From the NCBI GenBank assembly GCA_009778035.1, contig WRKP01000003.1, forward strand, positions 26,132 to 90,131: DNA of 64,000 nt. Reading direction: 5' to 3'. The notes beneath the pieces are model-generated. The model saw nothing but the letters and a program-made list of their open reading frames with translations. It had not been told where the DNA came from and made no database searches. The position numbers and the translations under genes are program-made. This stretch comes from Planctomycetaceae bacterium. GTDB lineage: Bacteria > Planctomycetota > Planctomycetia > Pirellulales > Thermoguttaceae. Of the stretch, positions 1 through 8,010 are shown piece by piece. Each line of letters opens with the position of its first letter. Position 1 is the first letter of the stretch.

Positions 1-429
1 CTGGGCGGCAGACGGGAGCGGATTTTACCGTTTCAGCGGCCCGAAGGTTCCGGCAGTCAGACGGCAATGCTCCGCGTGATGGGTGGCGTGCCGATGGCCC
101 CGCCGCAACTCGAAGAATTTCGCCCTGGAATGGGCGGAATTGTACGGGACGTTGCGGACTATCGGAATTACGGCAATGCCATCGGGTTTTCATTTCGATA
201 TTATGTCGAGGGATTATTCAAGCATGACGGCGTGAAACTGCTGGAAATCGACGGCATTGCACCGAGTATCGCGAACATCCAGAACAGGTCGTATCCGCTG
301 ATCGGCGAATTGGTGATCATTTCGCGGAGGGACAACGAAAATCCGAATGTGCAACGGCTGACCGACTGGTTTCTATCTTCGCAGGGCCAGGAACTCGTCC
401 GCGATGTTGGTTATGTTCCGTTGGAGTAG
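1..429 (+). CDS. Periplasmic substrate-binding protein (PstS/PBP-like family), C-terminal part; 5' end lies outside the window
   Basis: Frame 1 is open from nt 1 (LGGRRERILPFQRPEGSGSQTAMLRV...) to the stop at 427-429. The 'R.EGSGS' segment and the C-terminal 'SYPLIGELVIISRRDNENP...GQELVRDVGYVPL' resemble phosphate/anion-binding PBPs. The family call rests on motif memory only. Confidence 0.5.
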   Translation: MGGRRERILPFQRPEGSGSQTAMLRVMGGVPMAPPQLEEFRPGMGGIVRDVADYRNYGNAIGFSFRYYVEGLFKHDGVKLLEIDGIAPSIANIQNRSYPLIGELVIISRRDNENPNVQRLTDWFLSSQGQELVRDVGYVPLE

Positions 430-483
430 GGAAACCGCGGCTTGCGGCAACGGTCCCGGCTCACACGGCTTGCTTTGTGCACC

Positions 484-1830
484 CTACTCATACCGCAGTG
501 CTTCGATGGGATCCATCTTGGCCGCTCGATATGCCGGATACAAGCCAAACAACACGCCAATAATCACTGCAACCGAAAACGCGACCGGAATTGAAATCGG
601 GACAATCACCGGTTCGATGCCCTGCACAATCTCCGGCAAGGCCGATATGACTTCCGGCATCCGCGTTTTGATGATGTCCATCACGAATATCGTTACCGGC
701 CTGCAAGAGAGGCCGACCAACACGCCGACCGCCCCGCCGACCATCGAAAGCGCGACCGTTTCGACCAAAAATTGCCGAATAATATCGCCCTGCTTCGCCC
801 CCAAGGCTCTGCGGATTCCAATCTCCCGAGTCCGCTCCGTAACCGTCGCCAACATAATGTTCATAATGCCGATGCCGCCGACAACCAGCGAAATTGCCGC
901 AATGAGCCCCATAAAGATATTGAACATCATCCGCGTCGTTTCGGCCTGTTCCAGCAATTCAAGCGGAACGACAACGGAAAAATCTTCGCGATCCCGACGA
1001 TTTTCTTCGAGCGTTGCTTGGATGATCTGTGCCGTTTCCTTGACTTCCCTTCGGTCAGAAACCTGCAAGGTCATTTGGGAAAGTTCAACGACTTCGCCTT
1101 CAAATTGTCCTGCTCTTCGGATCATCACGGTATCCCGCATTTGACTCCACAGCGTCGTAATGGGAATGTAAACATCGTTTGTAAAATCTTGTCCGGCAAA
1201 CGCGCCGCCGACGGCTGCCGTCGCACCACGGGGTTTGGCAACGCCGATCACAACATAGGGAAAGCCGGGATCGTTCATGTTTCCCTGGATGCGGATCGTC
1301 TGGCCGATAGGGTCTTCCGTGGGGAAAAGTCTTTCGGCAACGTTTGCGGAGATAACGCAATGGAGCAGGGCTTCTCGCATATCCATATCGGTAATGAAAG
1401 TTCCGCGGTCCATTTCGATTTGCGACATGGTTGCGTAGAGCGGCGAGGTGCCGACGAGTCGTCCGCCGAATTCTCTGGGGCCGCGGGCGAAAGTGCGGTT
1501 GATTTCCCGAACCGGCATATGAGCGACGATGGCGGGAATGTCGGTAACTCGGATGTAATCATCCCGGCGGATTCCGAAGGAGGGAATGGACCAGCGTCCC
1601 ATCGAAACGATGTCGGGATTGGAGGGTTTGATGGTCCGAACGATGATATTATTTGCCCCGAGGCTTTCGATTTGCTCTTGTGCTTTGAGGCTGATACCTT
1701 CGCCGATGGCCATGAGCCAAATGACGCTGGCAACGCCGATGAAAATGCCGAGTACGGTCAGCATTGATCGCATCGGGTAGAGCAATAAACTTTTAATGCC
1801 GAGTTGCCAAGTACGAATCCAAACGATCAT
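484..1830 (-). CDS. ABC transporter permease, MacB/FtsX family
   Basis: 448-aa ORF. The N-terminus LGIKSLLLYPMRSMLTVLGIFIGVASVIWLMAIG is a typical MacB TM1. A large periplasmic domain follows, then a C-terminal FtsX-type 3-TM bundle (REIGIRRALGAKQGDIIRQFLVETV). No cognate ATPase gene is adjacent. Confidence 0.85.
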   Translation of the reverse strand: MIVWIRTWQLGIKSLLLYPMRSMLTVLGIFIGVASVIWLMAIGEGISLKAQEQIESLGANNIIVRTIKPSNPDIVSMGRWSIPSFGIRRDDYIRVTDIPAIVAHMPVREINRTFARGPREFGGRLVGTSPLYATMSQIEMDRGTFITDMDMREALLHCVISANVAERLFPTEDPIGQTIRIQGNMNDPGFPYVVIGVAKPRGATAAVGGAFAGQDFTNDVYIPITTLWSQMRDTVMIRRAGQFEGEVVELSQMTLQVSDRREVKETAQIIQATLEENRRDREDFSVVVPLELLEQAETTRMMFNIFMGLIAAISLVVGGIGIMNIMLATVTERTREIGIRRALGAKQGDIIRQFLVETVALSMVGGAVGVLVGLSCRPVTIFVMDIIKTRMPEVISALPEIVQGIEPVIVPISIPVAFSVAVIIGVLFGLYPAYRAAKMDPIEALRYE

Positions 1831-1973
1831 TGGTTTAGGGGACAGAAATACACCGCCGCGGTATTGCGGTTATCGCGGTATTATAAGCGATATTATAAGC
1901 AAATTGCGGCCTGGCCGCAACGTTGACCGTTTCCCTTTGCTTTTTCCCCTGTATTCCGCTAAACTGTTAAGAT

Positions 1974-4259
1974 ATGCCGTCGGAATTGCCCCTCATCATT
2001 CGCCGAAAACTTCAACGACTCGCACGCCTACTGCGATTCTACGCCGCACTCCACGGAATCGCCATCCTCCTCCTCACCGCGATCCTCCTCTTCGCCCTAA
2101 ACCTCGCACTCGACAAATTTTTCGAGTTCCCCCTCGCCGTTCGATTCATCTTCCTGCCCATTTTGACCGGCACAATCCTCTACACCATTTGGCAATGCAT
2201 CATCCGCCGATGTTTCGCCGAAATCCGTACCGACCAACTCGCCTCCGCAATCGAACACTTCGTTCCAAAATTGAACGAAACCCTTATTACAACCATCGAC
2301 CAGCAAAATAACGACGATGTTAATCCCGAATTGATCAGGCAAACACTCGACAAAACCGTTTCCAGCCTCCGCGGTGTCGATGTCCGCCGATTTTTTCGTA
2401 CAGGCCGGATTTTTTCCCTGTTCGCAATAAGCCTTCTTTGCGTTGCACTGACGGCCGGAGCCTGTACATATCATTCCGAAACCGTTTCGCTCTGGTTTTC
2501 CCGAAATATCCTGCTCTCGAACGAGGAATACCCCCGCCGGTCGCAGTTGCTGGCCGACGGCTTCCAAGACGGGCGCACCCGCATTGGCCGCGGCGATTCC
2601 TTTACGTTGTCAATCCGTGCCAATATGGAGATGCCGCTCGTTCCCGAAACCCTCCGAGTCCGCATCGGCACGCCGGATGCCGGCTACCGCACCCTGCTCA
2701 TCGACCAATTCCGAACGGAATTGCAGGATAACACACGATGGCGTGTCTTTTCAGCAACCTTTCCCGAAATGCTGGAAACCGTTAATCTGCAAATTCGCGG
2801 TGCGGATTCGACGCTGGAAGGCTTGTCCATCGAAGTCGTTCCTACGCCGATGCTTACCGAAATGATGCTGACGCAGCATTTTCCCGAATACATGCAGAGA
2901 CCGGAACGAACCGTTGCTTTGACGGGCCGAACGGCAATTCCCGACGGCACGGCAATCACGATCACGGCCCAGGCGACGAAACCGTTGCGGGATGCGACGG
3001 CTGACGTTCACGGAGCCCGCGGTGCAAGCCTGGCTCACGCCACGGGCTCTGTCGACATTTCCCTGACCCTGCCGGCATTACGGGAAGAAACATCCATCGA
3101 ATTCCGCCTGACGGACCTGGATTCGCTGTCCAATCGGCAGCCCATTCGGACGGAATTGAACATCATCCGCGATCAACCGCCGATCGTTACGGCAAGATTA
3201 GACGGCATCGGTCCCGCCATCACGCCGGAAGCCGTATTGCCGATGCTCGGGGAAATCATTGACGACAACGGATTGGCCCAGGCACACATCCGGTATGCAA
3301 CGCAGCCCGAGAGCGACGAAACGCCGCCGACGGAGGGAACGGTTTCGCTTAGCGGCCTGACGCCGGGACAAACGATTTGGCCTCTTTCGCAAACTTTTTC
3401 CGTGTTGCCGACGGGTGCAGTGCCGGGCGATAAGTTGCTTTTATACATCGAGGCAAGCGATGCGTTCGATTTGGATGATTCGACCGGCCAAACGGGAACG
3501 AGTCAGCGTTGGCTCTTGGAAATCGTAACGCCGGAGCAACTCAAAACTCTGCTCGAAACGCGGGAAATCACGCTTCGGCAACGCTTTGAAATTGTGATGG
3601 GCGAAGTCGAACGCACGCAAGCCATTTTACAGGATTTCGCATTGGAGCCGTTGCCGACACAAATTCAGCAAGCGGAGGCGTTGCTCCTGGAAAGCCATGA
3701 AAATGAGAGCGAGGAGAGCCTGGCCCAGCGTCGTCGGGAATTGGAGGAGCGGCGGCAACGCATATTGGATACGATCAATATCGACCAGGCCGAGTTGGGC
3801 CGATTTCACATTTCCCGAATGCTTCGGGACACGCACAAAGAGGTTTATGATTTGACGAACATTGTGGAGTCTTTTCGGTTGATTCGGGCGGAGATGATAA
3901 ACAATCGGATATTTACGGAGGATGAGCGGCGGCGGATTGATTTGGAAATTATGCAGCCGATTCAGAGTCTTATGAACATGGATTTTGCTGACATCGACCG
4001 ATCGTTGGGGATTTTGGAGGGGCTGTTATTGCAATCGGAAGCGGCAAATCGTCCGTTGGCATTGGAGGAGCGGCGGCGGATATTGGGAATGTTTGCGGAA
4101 TTGCTTCAGAAGATGTCGGCAATTCGGGACAGGATGGCATCAATGGAGAGTTTTCATGAGGTGCTCGAATTGTTGCGTTCGATCATTCGTCAGCAGCAGA
4201 TATTGCGGAATGAGACGGTAGAGGAGCGCAACCGGCGACTGTTGGATTTGCTGGATTAG
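1974..4259 (+). CDS. Large membrane-anchored protein, DUF4175-like N-terminal double-TM hairpin, C-terminal charged coiled coil
   Basis: 761-aa ORF. N-terminus: RKLQRLARLLRFYAALHGIAILLLTAILLFALNLALDKFF...FIFLPILTGTILYTIWQCIIRR (two TM helices). The last ~230 aa are rich in E/R/L heptad-like sequence (LEERRQRILDTINIDQAEL, LEERRRILGMFAELLQKM). Confidence 0.6.
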   Translation: MPSELPLIIRRKLQRLARLLRFYAALHGIAILLLTAILLFALNLALDKFFEFPLAVRFIFLPILTGTILYTIWQCIIRRCFAEIRTDQLASAIEHFVPKLNETLITTIDQQNNDDVNPELIRQTLDKTVSSLRGVDVRRFFRTGRIFSLFAISLLCVALTAGACTYHSETVSLWFSRNILLSNEEYPRRSQLLADGFQDGRTRIGRGDSFTLSIRANMEMPLVPETLRVRIGTPDAGYRTLLIDQFRTELQDNTRWRVFSATFPEMLETVNLQIRGADSTLEGLSIEVVPTPMLTEMMLTQHFPEYMQRPERTVALTGRTAIPDGTAITITAQATKPLRDATADVHGARGASLAHATGSVDISLTLPALREETSIEFRLTDLDSLSNRQPIRTELNIIRDQPPIVTARLDGIGPAITPEAVLPMLGEIIDDNGLAQAHIRYATQPESDETPPTEGTVSLSGLTPGQTIWPLSQTFSVLPTGAVPGDKLLLYIEASDAFDLDDSTGQTGTSQRWLLEIVTPEQLKTLLETREITLRQRFEIVMGEVERTQAILQDFALEPLPTQIQQAEALLLESHENESEESLAQRRRELEERRQRILDTINIDQAELGRFHISRMLRDTHKEVYDLTNIVESFRLIRAEMINNRIFTEDERRRIDLEIMQPIQSLMNMDFADIDRSLGILEGLLLQSEAANRPLALEERRRILGMFAELLQKMSAIRDRMASMESFHEVLELLRSIIRQQQILRNETVEERNRRLLDLLD

Positions 4260-4288
4260 TGCGTATTCAGATTGGTCTGGACGTCCCT

Positions 4289-4380
4289 CCGTCATCCCGG
4301 CGAAAGCCGGGAACCAGACATTGCGTGTGATACCAGTTCCTCTGGATTCCGGCGTGCGCCGGAATGACGATTTTTTGTCC
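4289..4380. repeat. Family A palindromic element (full copy)
   Basis: CCGTCATCCCGGCGAAAGCCGGGAACCAG, a ~25-nt spacer, CTGGATTCCGGCGTGCGCCGGAATGACG, then ATTTTTTGTCC. Lies just 3' of the 761-aa gene. Confidence 0.9.
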
Positions 4381-4535
4381 AAAGCAAAAATGAATGCGCT
4401 CTAGTGCGAATATCAAAATGCCGCATAGCAGGCGCCGCATAGCAGGCAAAGCAAACACGCCAATTTTCCTCAATTTTTCCGCCGTTTCTGCCGATACAAG
4501 GCAATACGGAACATTTTATCCCCCCGGAGGTTCCC

Positions 4536-5738
4536 TTGAAATCGTCATTCTTTCCCTCCATCGTTTTGGGAGGGATTTTTAGCGTCCTGTTTTACGGTGC
4601 AATCCACAAAGGCTGGATTTCGCAGCCGCTCGTCCTACGCTATTTTGCCAATCATCCCATCGAATACGTGATTACCATCGCGTTTTTCGTCGGACTTGCA
4701 ATCCTGTGCGTTAAATATCTCTCGATTCTCCTGCAACGGCAACTCTTAAAAAGAAGTCCCATCCTGTCGCTGCAACCCGTGCCGATTCCCGTCGCCCAAG
4801 CAGCAAACGATCTCGATGCCGTCCTGCAACATGAGCAACAATACGGCACATCCCTGCTCTCCGAACGGCTTAAAGCGTTGCTGCATTCCCTTGGCCGAAA
4901 CAATTCGGCCAGCAATTTGGATGCCGAACTCCGCAATCAGGCCGACGATGCGGCATCCAAAACCGATGCGGATTATGGGCTCGTTCGCCTCATTCTTTGG
5001 TCGATTCCGATGATCGGGTTTCTCGGTACTGTCATTGGGATTACGGCGGCCCTCGATAATCTTGACCTCAATGCAATGAGCGAGTCGAGCAAAAAACTCT
5101 CGGAAGGCCTTGCAGTCGCGTTCGACACGACGGGACTCGCCATCGCCCTGGCCGTGCTGCTCTTTTTCGTGCAATTTCTTGTCCACCGCGAAGAATCCCG
5201 ACTGCTGACCGAAACTGACCGGCTGACCGAAGCCGAACTCGGTGGCCGATTTGAACAAAACGGTCCGCATAGGGAAAACGACGCTTTGGCAATGATTCAG
5301 GGAATGCTCGAAATGATTACGATTTCCATCGAGCAGGCGACGAAACGGCAAACGTACATTTGGGAGCAGAGTGCGGAGATGTTCAAAAGTTCTTTGTCGT
5401 CCGCTCTCAACGAAAATATGGAGCATCACGCCAAGATGTTGGTGCAGGCGGAGTCGGAACTGCTATCGCACGCGAACAAGACCGCTATGCAATTTGGCGA
5501 AGCGATTGCGAAGAGCGCATCCAGTCTGCTGTCTCTTCGGGACGAAACGGCCAAGCAGACGGAGGCGGTTCGGGAAATTTTGGGAGCGAACACGCAGTTG
5601 CTGCAACTGGAGGAACGGCTGCGGGAGAATTTATCGGTTTTGGCGTCGGTCGGCAACTTTGAGGAGACGGTCAACAGCCTTGCGGCGGCGATTCATTTAC
5701 TGAACAGCAATCGCCGAACGGAACTGCGAGCGGGATAG
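4536..5738 (+). CDS. MotA/TolQ/ExbB-family proton-channel protein with long C-terminal coiled-coil tail
   Basis: TTG start 5 nt after GGAGG. Channel core LILWSIPMIGFLGTVIGITAALDNL ... GLAVAFDTTGLAIALAVLLFFVQFLV. About 170 aa of helical/charged sequence follow the last TM. Confidence 0.8.
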   Translation: MKSSFFPSIVLGGIFSVLFYGAIHKGWISQPLVLRYFANHPIEYVITIAFFVGLAILCVKYLSILLQRQLLKRSPILSLQPVPIPVAQAANDLDAVLQHEQQYGTSLLSERLKALLHSLGRNNSASNLDAELRNQADDAASKTDADYGLVRLILWSIPMIGFLGTVIGITAALDNLDLNAMSESSKKLSEGLAVAFDTTGLAIALAVLLFFVQFLVHREESRLLTETDRLTEAELGGRFEQNGPHRENDALAMIQGMLEMITISIEQATKRQTYIWEQSAEMFKSSLSSALNENMEHHAKMLVQAESELLSHANKTAMQFGEAIAKSASSLLSLRDETAKQTEAVREILGANTQLLQLEERLRENLSVLASVGNFEETVNSLAAAIHLLNSNRRTELRAG

Positions 5739-5757
5739 GGGCCCATAGGGGCCCGTT

Positions 5758-6870
5758 TTACTCGCCCCCCGGCAAGCATAGGGCCAGCGTCAGCAACGCA
5801 TAGCCCGTTACGAGATTCGTATCGTTCTCCATGAACTGCGACGATGCCGTATTGACCCAGGAACCATCGGGCCGCTGCTCCGAAATCAAATGTTCCGACA
5901 AGTCGGCACGCCAATTATTTTGCTTGCCGCCCGATTCCACATAACGCAACGCCAAAACGTCAAGCGTTTTCGACATTGTTTGAAAATAGTAGTACAGGCC
6001 CGCCGCCCCGCGACCCGGATTCTCCGTTACCGTGTAATGCCTGGAAATCCAATCCATCGCGGCCCGGACGCGTTGGTCGTCCGGTGTCAGTGCAGCATAA
6101 ATCATACTTTTCAAACCGGCATATGTCATCGCTCCGTAACTTTTCAGGCCTTCGGCAGCCCCTTCGCCCTCGAGCGAAGGCTCATTGACGTAAATGAAAC
6201 CGCCGTCCAGATTTGCGGCATTGTGCGAAACAAAGGGCATCGTGTTGTGTTCCGATTCCAGGTTTTGGCATCGGGAAACGAAGACGAGTGCCTTTTGGAT
6301 TGCCGGATCATCGGGTTCTGCTCCGGTTGCTTTGAGGGCATCGAGGAAAAATTGAACGTGCGACAAGTCGGGCCGGGCTCCCCGGCCGTATCCGATTCCG
6401 CCGTAATGGGGGTCTTCTGGCCGGGTATTGTTGTCTTCGGTAAATTGTTGCGACCGAAGGAACCGGTCGGCTTTGGCGAGCAGTTCTTTGTAGGGTTCAG
6501 TGCCGTGTTTCTTTTTGGCGGCGGCGTTTGCTTTGGCGAGACACATCACGGCAACGCTTGTTTCGTAATTCAGCAGAAATCCATCGGGCGTGTAAATTCC
6601 GCCGTCTTCTTGGATGAAACTGGCAACCAGTCGAAGACCATTGGCAAGCATAGGATCGTCGATGTCAACACCGGCGTCGATGAGTCCTGCCAGAATGACC
6701 GCAGTGGGGCCGATTCCGGTTCGTGGCGAGGCCGACCAACTGCCCGTGGGATTTTGCGTTGTGCGGAGGTATGCAACGGCTTTGTCGATGGATTGTTGGA
6801 TTTGGGCGGCATCCTGTGCTGTGGCCAGTGGGATGAAGAGGATGAAGGCGAGAGCAAAGAGGCGTTTCAT
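5758..6870 (-). CDS. Secreted prenyltransferase/squalene-oxidase-repeat (alpha-alpha toroid) protein
   Basis: Signal peptide MKRLFALAFILFIPLATAQD. Repeated 'Q..DGSW / GGIGYG' type motifs (TTQNPTGSWSAS, EQRPDGSWVN) are typical of the planctomycetal terpenoid-cyclase-like repeat proteins. Confidence 0.65.
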   Translation of the reverse strand: MKRLFALAFILFIPLATAQDAAQIQQSIDKAVAYLRTTQNPTGSWSASPRTGIGPTAVILAGLIDAGVDIDDPMLANGLRLVASFIQEDGGIYTPDGFLLNYETSVAVMCLAKANAAAKKKHGTEPYKELLAKADRFLRSQQFTEDNNTRPEDPHYGGIGYGRGARPDLSHVQFFLDALKATGAEPDDPAIQKALVFVSRCQNLESEHNTMPFVSHNAANLDGGFIYVNEPSLEGEGAAEGLKSYGAMTYAGLKSMIYAALTPDDQRVRAAMDWISRHYTVTENPGRGAAGLYYYFQTMSKTLDVLALRYVESGGKQNNWRADLSEHLISEQRPDGSWVNTASSQFMENDTNLVTGYALLTLALCLPGGE

Positions 6871-6955
6871 GGTCGGCGGAGCGGTTTGGGACTTTGCGAG
6901 TGTAGCATAAACGGCAAAAAAAACAATCGCGTGCGATGAAATAGCAAGATGTTCT

Positions 6956-6994
6956 GGACAAAAAAGCCGTCATCCCGGCTTACACCGGAATAAC
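6956..6994. repeat. Family A element, half copy
   Basis: GGACAAAAAAGCCGTCATCCCGGCTTACACCGGAATAAC. On the minus strand this reads hairpin + CTTTTTTGTCC, directly 3' of the rluA-like gene. Confidence 0.7.
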
Positions 6995-7000
6995 AACGAA

Positions 7001-7648
7001 CTACCGTCCACCAAAAGTTTTCGGCAAAGGAGCAACCAACTCGATACGCTCCTTTGTCGTCGGATGCGAAAACGCCAATTTCCAAGCATGCAATGCAATT
7101 CCGACGCCAAACGGCTGCTTCGCTCCGTACTTAACATCCCCGCATATCGGATGGCCCCGAACGGAAAACTGCAAACGAATCTGATGCTTTCGGCCCGTTT
7201 CTAAGTGAATTTCAACCAACGAACACCGATTGACCTGCCGTACCGTCCGATAACGCAGCCGAGCCTCCTTCCCCTGCTTGGATTGCGACACAAACGCTCG
7301 ACGGTTTTGCTTATCCTCGCAGATATAGTCGACGCATTCGCCTTCGGGCGGTATGATTTTTCCTTCAACGAGAGCCGCATAGACTTTTTCGACGGTATGC
7401 TCGCGGAATTGGTCATTCAATCTCGCGGCGGCCTTGGACGTTCGGGCAAAGAGGACAACTCCCGTAACGGGCACGTCGAGCCGGCTGACGATGCCCAGAT
7501 AAACCTCGCCGGGCTTGGCATATTTTTTTTTGATATAGGCCTTTGTTTGCGTAAACAGCGTTTCGTGTCCTTCGGGCAGTCCCATCGTCGCCAAACCGGC
7601 CGGTTTAACCAGGGCAATGAGATGGTTGTCTTCGTAGAGGATGTGCAT
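7001..7648 (-). CDS. RluA-family RNA pseudouridine synthase
   Basis: 215 aa. MHILYEDNHLIALVKPAGL, catalytic-loop-like VSRLDVPVTGVVLFARTSKAAARL, and C-terminal GRKHQIRLQF ... HAWKLAFSHP. Confidence 0.85.
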   Translation of the reverse strand: MHILYEDNHLIALVKPAGLATMGLPEGHETLFTQTKAYIKKKYAKPGEVYLGIVSRLDVPVTGVVLFARTSKAAARLNDQFREHTVEKVYAALVEGKIIPPEGECVDYICEDKQNRRAFVSQSKQGKEARLRYRTVRQVNRCSLVEIHLETGRKHQIRLQFSVRGHPICGDVKYGAKQPFGVGIALHAWKLAFSHPTTKERIELVAPLPKTFGGR

Positions 7649-7953
7649 GGTGAGGCATTATACCATTGAACCAAGCACGATAAATCCGTATAATGGCCTA
7701 ATCAAGGAAAGATGCTCTGCGAATTATATGGAAGTTTCACTAAAAATACTTGATTCGGACAATGGCCGGTTTCATGCCGTGCGGACGGTTCCGTGTAATC
7801 CAACTCTTAATGAGAAATTATCTTCCTACGATGTTTCGCAGGGAAAATTCAAGCAAGTATTCGGCAAGCACCAAAATCATCCTGCCGTAGCGAGTATTTT
7901 GTCATCGCATATTGCGGACATCAAGCGAGTTAGTGTGAGTTTCGCGGAGTAAT

Positions 7954-7999
7954 CCGGGGGCTGACGCCCCCGGCTCGTGCGCTCACTCGCTCGTGCGCT
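7954..7999. repeat. Family B GC-hairpin element
   Basis: CCGGGGGCTGACGCCCCCGGCTCGTGCGCTCACTCGCTCGTGCGC, followed by a C8 run (8001-8008) immediately 3' of the flagellin stop codon. Confidence 0.85.
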
Positions 8000-8010
8000 G
8001 CCCCCCCCGT

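Noticed and set aside
4140-4382. Short ORFs translating repeat elements (for example 4140-4382, 17835-18095, 43291-43599, 53619-53831, 26478-26678, 33197-33475, 58803-58991) with recurring peptides such as SFRRKPESRGTGI or GRQPTAGRVRRRSRLEGS
   Set aside because: The recurrence is at DNA level, in both orientations and all frames. These are palindromic intergenic repeats (families A and C), not a protein family.
4536-5738. Zorya-type defence system (ZorA-like MotA protein with tail)
   Set aside because: No ZorB-like partner and no ZorC/D/E-type genes adjacent. The tail (~170 aa) is far shorter than I recall for ZorA tails. The observation is kept only as an unpartnered-stator finding.
5890-6939. 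349-aa plus-strand ORF opposite the prenyltransferase-repeat gene
   Set aside because: Shadow ORF. The minus-strand frame has a signal peptide and repeat motifs, and this one has none.
7728-7952. 74-aa ORF (MEVSLKILDSDNGRFHAVRTV...) in the AT-rich gap between the rluA-like gene and the flagellin 3' end
   Set aside because: No convincing SD, no recognisable motif, and it lies in an AT-rich spacer. It cannot be supported as a gene from sequence alone. It may deserve a look only if transcript or peptide data exist.
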